27,701 nucleotides of DNA from Pseudomonadota bacterium (lineage in GTDB: Bacteria; Bdellovibrionota_G; JALEGL01; DATDPG01): assembly GCA_043804515.1 (NCBI GenBank), contig JAZDIZ010000175.1, positions 1-27,701 on the forward strand. Direction: 5' to 3'. The notes under the pieces are model-generated. The model saw nothing but the letters and a program-made list of their open reading frames with translations. It ran no database searches and had not been told where the DNA came from. Positions 9,930 through 18,300 of the stretch are shown here, piece by piece; position 1 is the stretch's first letter; each line of letters opens with the position of its first letter. Position numbers and translations under genes: made by a program.

Positions 9930-9945
9930 TGCATTACTCATGCCG
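9930..9945 (-). promoter_or_regulatory. Putative sigma54 (-24/-12) promoter
   Basis: Minus strand CGGCATGAGTAATGCA (GG-N10-GC), about 60 nt upstream of ATG 9870. Confidence 0.5.
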
Positions 9946-10246
9946 CACGGCTCAGTTCCGACAGAAAAGCTATCTCTTTGTAACTCCTAACTTCTCCTGA
10001 GCTTCTTCGAACTACCCGCCCGCTCACGAACCCGTGAATGTCGCACGCTTGCGTCACGAGAACCCCACTCGGGAACTCTCTTTGCCGGGAACCTGCAGCC
10101 CCTGCCCCAGGTTTTCCACAGCCGGATCCTTAAGTCTGAAGGGATCTTAATACCGCAGTGAGGGGCAGCGCAACAGTTTTTTGGAAACTAATGTATTAGA
10201 TTATATAACTACTGGTAAGGCCTTGTAAATAAATGACAAACAGCAA

Positions 10247-11389
10247 TCAATAGCAGACTTCTTGAATCACGGTGGTCTCACATACGCAGCGGCGGTATTC
10301 GATAGTTCTGACGTCATATTCCGATTCGGGTTGGTCGCAGAATCCCTCCGGTGCATATCCACCCATATTGAGGCGCTGGCCCAGGCCCAAGAAGCCTCGT
10401 GACATGGCGCTTAGGCTACGGATCGGGAGCGTGACATTGCTCATGATGCTCGAGCCCAAGCGCGGGAGCACATATTGAGCCGCCCCGGCCAGATTGTAAG
10501 CCGCCCCAGTCAAGGAGCCTCCGACTTCTCTCTTGAATTGATCCCATTCGGAATCTTTCATGCCCCGAAGCGTATCCACAACCGAACCGTACGCGTTTCG
10601 GACTCCGGGCTCTCTCTCGCCGATCGTCCGGATTTGAGGCTCAATCTCTTCCAAACGATAAACGATTTGCTCCCTGGTTTCACGCGGGACCGCTCTTATT
10701 GTGTCATCAACAGCGGCCATGGGACACCGGTGCATGAAGAACTGCTGGTAGTTGACCCCCTGGGGGCAGGAACCTGTCCGGACCCGGCCTCCGCAGTAAC
10801 GAGGGGTGAGGTAATTCTGATAATTCTGGTAGAGGGGACTCCTAAACGGGACCATTCCCCCGCCCGATTGCGTACGGCCGTATTGGCCGTAGAGTCCGAT
10901 AGATAACCTAGCCCGGCTGAAACTATTCATGTTCGAGCCGAACGGTCCATAACCGCCCTGCGACGGGGCGTATGCTCCGTAGCCGTTGGGGTACATGTAC
11001 CCGTTTCCGGCGGGGAGCGAAAAATCGGAACCCATCGTCAAGCCGACGAGGTCACTCCAACGAACCGTCCTTTTTGTTGATTCGACGTACCCGACAACCT
11101 GCGTGAAGAATTCCTGGCATTCCGGCGGTGCTTTGTCGCCGAGATAAACTCTGTCCTTGTCGTAACACGTCTCCATCCCATCGTCCCACGTCCAAACACG
11201 TCCTGACGGCGTCGTGCCAGAAGCCGGAGGCTGAGCCTGGGTGGGTTGGGTGGTCGATGTATCCTTGTTCGTCTGTTCGCCGATTTTTTTCACCTTGGAC
11301 GGATCAAACAGCGCGTGATTCTGTGATCCCGAGCAAGCAACCCCGGCGATCAGAACGGCACCGGCGAGGATGTAGATTCGGCGGTTCAT
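10247..11389 (-). CDS. Cys/Gly/Tyr-rich lipoprotein of unknown function, 380 aa
   Basis: MNRRIYILAGAVLIAGVA-C lipobox; ATGA overlap with the upstream gene; 9 further Cys. Confidence 0.8.
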   Translation of the reverse strand: MNRRIYILAGAVLIAGVACSGSQNHALFDPSKVKKIGEQTNKDTSTTQPTQAQPPASGTTPSGRVWTWDDGMETCYDKDRVYLGDKAPPECQEFFTQVVGYVESTKRTVRWSDLVGLTMGSDFSLPAGNGYMYPNGYGAYAPSQGGYGPFGSNMNSFSRARLSIGLYGQYGRTQSGGGMVPFRSPLYQNYQNYLTPRYCGGRVRTGSCPQGVNYQQFFMHRCPMAAVDDTIRAVPRETREQIVYRLEEIEPQIRTIGEREPGVRNAYGSVVDTLRGMKDSEWDQFKREVGGSLTGAAYNLAGAAQYVLPRLGSSIMSNVTLPIRSLSAMSRGFLGLGQRLNMGGYAPEGFCDQPESEYDVRTIEYRRCVCETTVIQEVCY

Positions 11390-11889
11390 GCGCCGTACCC
11401 CGATCGGACGCTGGTCGTGAAGTGGCCTTCCACACGGTTGATTCCGGAAAAGATTTGGAAATCCGCCTCAACCCGGTCCCCTGCGATATTGCTGATGGCG
11501 AGGAACCTGATCGAGCCCGAGAGCGGCGGCTGCATCTGACCCAGAAGTCGTGCGTCGACAAAGACAATGTCCGCACCGAAAGGAATTACGGTGCCGAGCT
11601 GAAGGAAAATGGTCGAGACATCGGTGACCGTGATGCGAATTTCATCCGCCAGATACGTGTTCAAGCTCTGAAATGAAATTATGCAGTAGAGAGGATCCGT
11701 GTATCCACCTTCGCCGCCGGGGACCGACTGTCCCCCGGGATAACCCACATCGCAGACGGAGCCTTGGACGGCCGCCGAAAACGTCTGGCTTTGGGTGATG
11801 ATGTCGACGTGGTTGTCTCCGGATCCGCCGCATCCCGCCGCCAATAGAATGCCCGTCGCCAGTACCGTGATTCGTTTGAGGTGTCGCAT
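11386..11889 (-). CDS. Small beta-rich lipoprotein of unknown function
   Basis: MRHLKRITVLATGILLAAG-C lipobox from ATG 11889; the longer start at 11934 lies inside the sigma54 promoter. Confidence 0.8.
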   Translation of the reverse strand: MRHLKRITVLATGILLAAGCGGSGDNHVDIITQSQTFSAAVQGSVCDVGYPGGQSVPGGEGGYTDPLYCIISFQSLNTYLADEIRITVTDVSTIFLQLGTVIPFGADIVFVDARLLGQMQPPLSGSIRFLAISNIAGDRVEADFQIFSGINRVEGHFTTSVRSGYGA

Positions 11890-11925
11890 ATGGCCTATAC
11901 CGCCTTCCTTACCTTCGTTACCTTC

Positions 11926-11940
11926 GCAAGACATGTGCCA
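11926..11940 (-). promoter_or_regulatory. Putative sigma54 promoter for the two-lipoprotein operon
   Basis: Minus strand TGGCACATGTCTTGC matches TGGCAC-N5-TTGC; IHF-like TATCAATGATTTC at 11964-11976 just upstream. Confidence 0.7.
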
Positions 11941-12066
11941 CAGGACCCCGGATAAAATGCCTTGAAATCATTGATAAAATCCGAATGCCCCTGGCTTCCA
12001 ACCCCCCTCCTCGTGAGACATTTTCGTCCCGGCTGGGGATTTCTTGCCTTTGTGACCGGAAGCGTT

Positions 12067-12990
12067 TTAACTCATCGCGTCAACTACGTCAAGGCGTCTG
12101 TTTGGGCTGCACGTGGCGTGGAGACAAAGGCCCTCCAGGGGGCAGGAAGAGCAGATTGAAGCATCCCAACGATGTAGGCAGCGTCCCAGGATCCCAAGGC
12201 GGGAAATCGCGAAATCGAAGCGGACGGGGTCCGAAGGATCCATCCCTTTCAACCGGCCCGTCACCTCCTCAGCCATCTTCCAGTCGGCGGACTTCCGGGC
12301 CGTGAGGCCGACGTACCTTAAAATGCGGCTCAAGTGGACGTCGATGGGAAGATAAAGATCGCCGGGGGATACGCTTCTCCAAAGGCCGAGATCGGGGTCT
12401 TTGCGGCGCACGACCCACCGGAGGGAGAGGTTCAATCGCTTCAGAGCGCTTCCGCCGTTGGGGGCGGGAACTAGGAACCGAAGGCCGCGCGTAAGGTGCC
12501 CGCCGTTCGTAATCCGCAGCATCCCGGAAAGCCTCTTAAGGAAGGAATGAATGGCCGAACGATGGTCCCTGTCGGCCTTGGGTCCGTCGTAAAAGAAGCC
12601 CTCCAAAGACCCGTGGGATGCATAGATCCCGCGCAACGTCTCAAGAAAAACCACGAGGTCCGAATGTGTGATCCACCGGTGCTTGAAGTCTTTCCATTCC
12701 TTAAGCGACCCGGCGCCGTCCGTCAGGAGCTTTTGGACCGGCCGCTTCCCGAAGCGCGACAGGATGCGCTCCAGCGTCCTGAAGATGCCGGCCACGTTTC
12801 CGAACGCGAACGTGGCTGCGACAAACGCGGCGAATTCGCGGTCCTGGGGGCGGGAGTAACGGTGGGGAAACTTGAGCGGATCGCTGTCCAAAAACCGGGC
12901 GTCGTACGTCGCGTACAACTGTTCGAGCGCGTGGTGGAGGCGGGCTACCGGCTCAGGTCCTGGACGTATTGCTTGCCGTACTTGTCCCAC
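12067..12990 (-). CDS. TIGR02757/DUF2400 family protein (HhH-GPD-like) with C-terminal Cys cluster; start uncertain
   Basis: SDPLKFPHRY..DREFAAF..FAFGNV, SALKRLNLSLRWVVR..DLGLW, LPIDVH, DPSDPVRFDFAISRLG. Confidence 0.85.
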   Translation of the reverse strand: MGQVRQAIRPGPEPVARLHHALEQLYATYDARFLDSDPLKFPHRYSRPQDREFAAFVAATFAFGNVAGIFRTLERILSRFGKRPVQKLLTDGAGSLKEWKDFKHRWITHSDLVVFLETLRGIYASHGSLEGFFYDGPKADRDHRSAIHSFLKRLSGMLRITNGGHLTRGLRFLVPAPNGGSALKRLNLSLRWVVRRKDPDLGLWRSVSPGDLYLPIDVHLSRILRYVGLTARKSADWKMAEEVTGRLKGMDPSDPVRFDFAISRLGILGRCLHRWDASICSSCPLEGLCLHATCSPNRRLDVVDAMS

Positions 12991-13586
12991 GCCTCCTCGG
13001 CCTCCTTCCGCTCTTCGGGCGTCTCCTCCTTGACGGTGAAGTGCTCCTTATTCTTCTGCCACCAATCCTGAATCTCACGGATCCCCCGCTGTCTCGTCGC
13101 GGGAGGATCGGAATAGCGATAGCTGAAAGAAACGCGGGTGATCTTCTTGAGAGCCCGCTCCGCGTTCCCGCGCACGTTATCGCTGCCGTCCGAGAGAAAC
13201 CGGATCAGCGTTGGGCCCGCATTCTGAGATCGGAGTTCTCCCAGGCCGTAGATCGCGAACTCCCTGACCTCGGCGTCGTTCGTGAGGTCCAATAGAACCG
13301 GTAGGCTCTCCCGCGCCCGCGTTTCCACCAGGAAATTGATCGAGTCCTTTCGATAGGGAGAGGAAACCTTCCGGGCCAGTTCGGTGGCCTTCCTCACTTT
13401 GGCCGCCCGGGTGGGTTCGCGGCGGATCATGTTTCGGAATTCGACGACGCGCTTCCGATACGATTCCGGGGCATGCGTCAGATCGGCATCCAACGCCGGT
13501 TTAACGGGTGGCGCCGCCTTCTGAGCCGGGGCGTTGGAAGCTGAAAGAAGGAAGGCAAGCACCGAACATCCGATTAGGAGCCTCAT
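12945..13586 (-). CDS. Secreted HEAT-repeat protein
   Basis: Signal peptide; HEAT/PBS motifs EVREFAIYGLGEL and LSDGSDNVRGNAERALKKIT; TATAAT 8 nt upstream of the ATG. Confidence 0.8.
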   Translation of the reverse strand: MRLLIGCSVLAFLLSASNAPAQKAAPPVKPALDADLTHAPESYRKRVVEFRNMIRREPTRAAKVRKATELARKVSSPYRKDSINFLVETRARESLPVLLDLTNDAEVREFAIYGLGELRSQNAGPTLIRFLSDGSDNVRGNAERALKKITRVSFSYRYSDPPATRQRGIREIQDWWQKNKEHFTVKEETPEERKEAEEAWDKYGKQYVQDLSR

Positions 13587-13616
13587 GGAACGGGATTATA
13601 GCCGCCGTGGAAACAG

Positions 13617-13681
13617 GGGGACAGCTATCGTATTAGGGTCTTTTTTGGGGCCCCTGCTCCAGAAATAGGTAAGCTGTCCCC
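13617..13681. repeat. REP/MITE-like inverted repeat (GGGGACA...TGTCCCC family)
   Basis: Arms GGGGACAGCTATCGTATT (13617-13634) and AATAGGTAAGCTGTCCCC (13664-13681), 15/18 complementary, outer 10 bp perfect. Confidence 0.65.
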
Positions 13682-13687
13682 TTAATT

Positions 13688-13722
13688 CCAGCCATCGCCT
13701 CGTTGCACTCGGCGAAGGCTGG
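13688..13722. repeat. CAGCCTTCGC...GCGAAGGCTGG palindrome copy directly after the GIY-YIG stop
   Basis: CCAGCCATCGCCTCGTTGCACTCGGCGAAGGCTGG; related copies at 14051-14084, 14146-14179, 14450-14483 and 25586-25619. Confidence 0.8.
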
Positions 13723-13726
13723 ACGA

Positions 13727-13963
13727 TCAGAAATGTCTCTTGGAAAAGACTCTCCCCGACCCTGATTTTAGATATTTCTCAAATGCCGTGGCCTTCGTCG
13801 GTTCCGAGAAAGAGATCGACGTTTGAACCTTCCATGGCCGAAATTTGGACGTATGAGGCACGGAGCCCGAATTGTGGATCTCGAGCCGTTTCGTTATATC
13901 CTCCGTAAGCCTTACGTAATAGCGAACCGGAACTGCCTCGCTCCTAAGGATATAGACGTGCAT
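13727..13963 (-). CDS. Small stand-alone GIY-YIG nuclease (78 aa), YIG motif altered to YVR
   Basis: HVYILRS...YYVRLTEDITKRLEIHNSG..HTSKFRPW...AFEKYLKSGSGR is the typical short GIY-YIG pattern; conserved Arg and Glu are present. Confidence 0.85.
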   Translation of the reverse strand: MHVYILRSEAVPVRYYVRLTEDITKRLEIHNSGSVPHTSKFRPWKVQTSISFSEPTKATAFEKYLKSGSGRVFSKRHF

Positions 13964-14030
13964 GAGTGAACTTTTATGCAAACTTCATGCTGAAGAAGCC
14001 TTCGGGGGCGCTGTGTAGATTTCATAGGCT

Positions 14031-14103
14031 GGCTCGCCTAGCCGTAGCTCCAGCCTCCGCTTCGTTTCCACTCAGCGGGGGGCTCGCCTAGCCGTAGCTC
14101 CAG
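14031..14103. repeat. 23-bp direct repeat flanking a palindrome copy
   Basis: GGCTCGCCTAGCCGTAGCTCCAG at 14031-14053 and 14081-14103; degenerate third copy near 14384-14403. Confidence 0.8.
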
Positions 14104-14134
14104 TTCAATAAGCGGGCGTCCGCCTTCGCAAAGC

Positions 14135-14193
14135 CTTCGGCGGGACAGCCTTCGCTTCGATTCACTCAGCGAAGGCTGGTGCCCCCACCAGGA
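14135..14193 (-). repeat. 59-bp exact duplicate of the tRNA-Arg 3' end (17 nt including CCA) plus trailer
   Basis: Identical to 14439-14497; spacing 304 bp. Confidence 0.9.
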
Positions 14194-14194
14194 T

Positions 14195-14288
14195 GCGGCG
14201 GCTCTCGCCGCCAGCGTTGTAAGGAGAGCCTCTCGCACCCGGCTACGCCGGGTCCCCGCTCGAGGCTGTCTATTGGGTACCTGCAACG
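14195..14288 (-). ncRNA. 94-nt structured element in the T-loop of a tRNA-Arg fragment (copy 1)
   Basis: Minus strand GTTCGA|CGTTGCAGG...GCCGCCGC|ATCCTGGTGGGGGCACCA; ~84% identical to 25784-25876 with compensatory changes. Confidence 0.7.
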
Positions 14289-14480
14289 TCGAACGAGGTT
14301 CGATTTGAGGACGATAAGAGGCTCCGGGTAGATCGAAGATGTGAGCGGGAAGCGTCCGCCTCCGCAAACGTATCTTTGGGAGTGGCTAGCCTAGCCGGAG
14401 CTCTACGCAAAATAGAGAGCCTTTGCGTTATTGAAGAGCTTCGGCGGGACAGCCTTCGCTTCGATTCACTCAGCGAAGGC

Positions 14481-14555
14481 TGGTGCCCCCACCAGGAATC
14501 GAACCTGGATTTAGGGATTAGGAATCCCTCGTTCTATCCATTGAACTATGAGGGC
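14481..14555 (-). tRNA. tRNA-Arg(CCT)
   Basis: GCCCTCATAGTTCAATGGATAGAACGAGGGATTCCTAATCCCTAAATCCAGGTTCGATTCCTGGTGGGGGCACCA folds as a cloverleaf; anticodon loop TTCCTAA; encoded CCA; begins 2 nt after the apt stop. Confidence 0.95.
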
Positions 14556-14557
14556 GG

Positions 14558-15073
14558 CTAAACCAAGCAGAGGGACTTCACGTTGAGGCCATCGAGCTTC
14601 TTGCGCCCCTCAAGTGCGCCGATCTCCAATACGAAGCTGGCCCCCACGATTTCGGCATCCATCTGCCTCAAAAGGGCCGCCGTAGCCTGCGCCGTACCAC
14701 CGGTGGCGAGGACGTCGTCCACGATCAAAACCTTCTGCCCGGGCTTTATGGCGTCGCAATGGATCTCCAGCGCGTCTTTCCCGTATTCCAAGTTGTATTC
14801 GTAACGGGAGGTTTTCCAGGGGAGTTTGCCCGGCTTTCGTACCGGAACGAATCCCGCTCCGAGGTCATTGGCGAGCGCGGCGCCGAAGATGAAGCCTCGG
14901 GATTCCATGGAAGCCACCACCTCGATCCTCTTCCGCTCGAAGGGCTCCGCGAGCGCTTCGAGAACCTGGCCGAAAGCAACCGGGTCTTGCATGATCGGCG
15001 TGAGATCGTAAAAAAGGATCCCTTTTTTGGGAAAATCGGGCACCGTTCGTATTTTTTCTCTCAGCAATTCCAT
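14558..15073 (-). CDS. apt: Adenine phosphoribosyltransferase
   Basis: IRTVPDFPKKGILFYD, ESRGFIFGA, VRKPGKLP, YNLEYG, PRPP-binding VLIVDDVLATGGT; start MELLREK at 15073. Confidence 0.96.
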   Translation of the reverse strand: MELLREKIRTVPDFPKKGILFYDLTPIMQDPVAFGQVLEALAEPFERKRIEVVASMESRGFIFGAALANDLGAGFVPVRKPGKLPWKTSRYEYNLEYGKDALEIHCDAIKPGQKVLIVDDVLATGGTAQATAALLRQMDAEIVGASFVLEIGALEGRKKLDGLNVKSLCLV

Positions 15074-15137
15074 GTTCAGTTCCTTGATAATTCGAGGCCC
15101 CACATAAGAGGCGGGGGGCTGAAAGTCAACGAATAAC

Positions 15138-15267
15138 AGGTTGGTGAAAAAGGGCCGTCTGCGTCGTTGCCCGCTCACGAGTCAGGGGACACCCACTGAT
15201 GGGTGTCCCCAACTTCTCAGTCGCGATTTCGCGAGCGCCTAGCATCTGACACCTTTTTGACCAACCT
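15138..15267. mobile_element. 130-bp MITE-like element with 16-bp terminal inverted repeats and an internal hairpin
   Basis: AGGTTGGTGAAAAAGG / CCTTTTTGACCAACCT (15/16 complementary); internal perfect 11-bp stem GGGGACACCCA-CTGA-TGGGTGTCCCC at 15185-15210. Confidence 0.7.
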
Positions 15268-15315
15268 TCCGTTTTTGGGGTTTTCAACACCCTGACAGGT
15301 CCCCCAGGGCGCAAA

Positions 15316-18300
15316 TTACGCCACGGACGCCGCCGCGGCTTCCTCCACATGCCGGACCTGAGCCGCCCGCCTCTCGTGCAGCTGGACCGACACCACCCTT
15401 GAAACCCCCGGTTCCTCCATCGTGATCCCGTAGAGATTCTGGACCGCTTCCATCGATGACTTGTTGTGCGTGATCAGGATGAACTGGGTTTGGCGCGACA
15501 TCTCGTGCACCAGGCTGAGATAACGTCTCAGGTTCTCGTCATCGAGGGGGGCGTCCACTTCATCCAGCAGGCAGAACGGAGGAGCCTTGTGAAGGAAGAT
15601 GGCGAACAGGAGAGCGATGGCGGTAAGTGCCTTCTCTCCCCCGGACAAAAGGTTGAGGTTCTGGAGGCGCTTTCCCGGGGGTTGGGCCACGATTTCAATC
15701 CCGCTCTCCAAGAGATTTTCCGGATCCGTCAGGACAAGCTTGGCTTTGCCTCCGCGGAACAGGCGCGGGAAGATATCTCGGAATTTCGCATCGACATCCT
15801 CGAACGTTTGCTGGAACCGCTCCCGGGTCGTCAGATTGATCTTCCGAATGGCGCTGGAGAGCGCCTCCAGTGATTTCTCCAGATCGTCCTTTTGCTGCGA
15901 CAGGAACGTGTGGCGCTCTTCCAGCTCGTGAAGTTCCTCGATCGCGCCCAGATGCACGTCGCCGATCTTCGACATGCGCTCCCGCAGATCCGTAAGGTCG
16001 GAACGAATCGGTTCCAGTTCCTCGGCCTTCAGAGGCTTGAACTCCTCCCGATCCACATAGGAGGCCAATTCGATCGAATATCGCTCGGTGATCTGAGTGG
16101 CGAGATACTCCACGCGCAGACGCTCCTCCTGAAGGGCCATCCGCAGCGCATTGAGTTCCTCCTGGTAGGTGGAACAACGCTCCCGAAGCCCCTTGATTAC
16201 GTCCGCCTCGGAGCGGATTCTTTCCACCAGCGCGTCGTAGCTCGTCCGAAGGGCGGAATTGGAGACCTGCTGCTCTTGGTGGCGGCGAACCGCATCGCGG
16301 CGCACATTCTCCGCCGCCGCGGCCCGCTCTCGGCAGGCTGCCGCGTCGGTTTCGTGAGCCTTCGCGTTGTCAATCAAAGCCGTCCGGTCCGAGGCCGCAG
16401 CCGTGATTCGGGTCCGAAGGTTTTCCTCTTCGCGCTCGTGGGCCGTGACCTTTTCATTCGTGGACGCGACGCGGACCTTCAGACGGGTCACTTCCTGGGA
16501 CCGGGAGGCCAGCGTCTCACGCGCCCCTGTGAGCCGCTCCGAGCGCAGCTTTAGCTCCGCGTCGAGGTCTGCGCGTTCGCGTTCCGTTTCGCGCACGTGG
16601 TCCAGATTGGATGCGATTTCCTCCTCCAACACGTGGAGTTCGTTTTCAAGCTTGGCCTTTTCGGTGCGGATCAGATCAGCGGCTTGGCGCGATCGGCGCA
16701 GGGCTTCTTCCACCCGCTCAAAATCCTTCTCGTGGGAAACCGTTTTCCGGGTTTCCTGTTCGAGGGCCCGGCCCAGGCTTTCGACCTGGCGGATCGTGGC
16801 CCGCGCTTCCCGCTCCAGCCTCCCCAGACTCCGTTCCTCCGAGACGCGCTGTGCCTCGAGATCCGCCACAGCTTGGCGGAGCTCGGCGATTTCCCCGCGG
16901 ATCTGAAGAACGCCTTTTTCATCTTCCCAACTTCCCCCGGTCACGACCCCTTCGGAGGAAACGATGTCACCTTCTTTGGTGACGAGCGTGCGCGCAGTCC
17001 CCTTCCCCCAAAGGTCCAATGCTACGGGCAGGGTGTCCACCAGGAGGACGTTATGAAGGAGGCGATCGACGGCGGCCCCGTAGGGCGAATCCGTATCCAC
17101 GTAATCGCGGAGCCAGCCGGCGACTCCAGGTCCGGATGGCAGCTCTTGAAGCTCTTTCTGTTGCCGCATCCGAGCCGGCATGAACGAGCTGCGCCCCCGG
17201 TTCTCGTTTTTGAGAAAAGCAATGTCCTCCAGTGCCTCGCGCGGGTCTTCCACCAGGATATATTTTAAGCGGTCCGCTAACACCGCTTCGACGGCTCTCT
17301 CGTAGCCCCTGCGGGGACGAACGAGATCCGCCAGGATGATGGCCGCGCGGCCGCCGGTTTGAGCGTGCCGTTCCAGAACGGCACGCACGCCTTGGCCGTA
17401 TCCTTGGTGGGTTCGATCGAATTCGTCCAAGACTGCGAGGCGCGATTTCGTGCCCTCGATTCTTTCCTTGAGTTGGGCCAACCTTTGTTCGCCGAGCAAC
17501 TGTTCCCCCTCCACTCCTTGAAGGCGTGTGCGGGCCTCGACGTGGTCGCGCTCGAATCCGAATTTGAGCTGTTCCAGGAGTCCGAGGTCGTGCTGCAGCC
17601 GGGTGTACTGGCCCGCCAGCTCTTCGTGCTCGGACTGCGCCCGTTGAAGCTCGCGATTCCGGGTCTCCAGGGCGGCGCCGATTTCCTGGGCGTGCTCCCG
17701 ATCCGAAGCCACGCCGTTCTTGAGCTGAGCTTCGCGCGCTACCAGCTCCAGAAGCCGGTTCGTACTCTCCTCGAGGGCCGCCTCGATCGCGCCGATTCCG
17801 GCGTGAAGTTCACTTTCCGCAGCCGAGGCTTCATCGAGACCGGCCTGACCCTCTTCACGTTCCTTTTTCAGAGATGCGATCAGAGACGTAAGCCGTAACG
17901 CATCCGCCTCCAGCGCCGTCTGCGCGTGAAGGAGTTCCTCCGAGCGCTTTCGGTCCCGTTCCACGGCGTCCTCATGCAACAAGGCGTCCTTCTTCTGATT
18001 CGCAATTTGGTGTTCCAATTCACTGACCTGCGAAGCCATTTCCATCAGCTTCTGCTGAGCGTTCTGAAGCGTTCTCTCCGTTTCCGCGGCGGCGAGCCGA
18101 TCGCTCTCCAGGACGGCGTCGCGCGCCGTGACCTCGGCCGCCTCACCTTCGGTCCGGACGCCCGTTTCCCCTTCCTTGCGTTCGAGTTCCTTGAGATGGG
18201 CCACGCCCGCGTGGTAGCTCGTGGAAGAGAGAGCCAGATCCAGCGCCCTGGCCTCCTCGCTCAGAGCTTTGTATCTCTCGGCCTTGCGCGCCTGGCGCTC

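Noticed and set aside
14195..14288. Insert as a group I/II intron, hammerhead or HDV-like theta ribozyme
   Set aside because: Too short for group I/II with no P7 or domain V motifs seen, no CUGANGA/GAAA core, no nested double pseudoknot found by eye, and it lies in the T-loop rather than after the tRNA 3' end. A covariance-model search is needed to be certain.
14031..14497. Repeat cluster as a CRISPR array
   Set aside because: Irregular spacing, degenerate palindromic units, no unique-spacer periodicity and no cas genes.
14135..14497. tRNA-Arg 3' duplication as attL/attR of a prophage or island
   Set aside because: Only 304 bp apart, includes 42 nt of downstream trailer and there is no integrase in the window; an eroded island cannot be fully excluded.
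14038..14561. ORFs of 109 aa and 61 aa over the repeat/tRNA-Arg region
   Set aside because: They overlap the tRNA and palindromes and have no protein-like features.
15074..15178. N-terminal extension of apt to 206 aa
   Set aside because: It starts inside the MITE-like element; Apt homology begins at ATG 15073.
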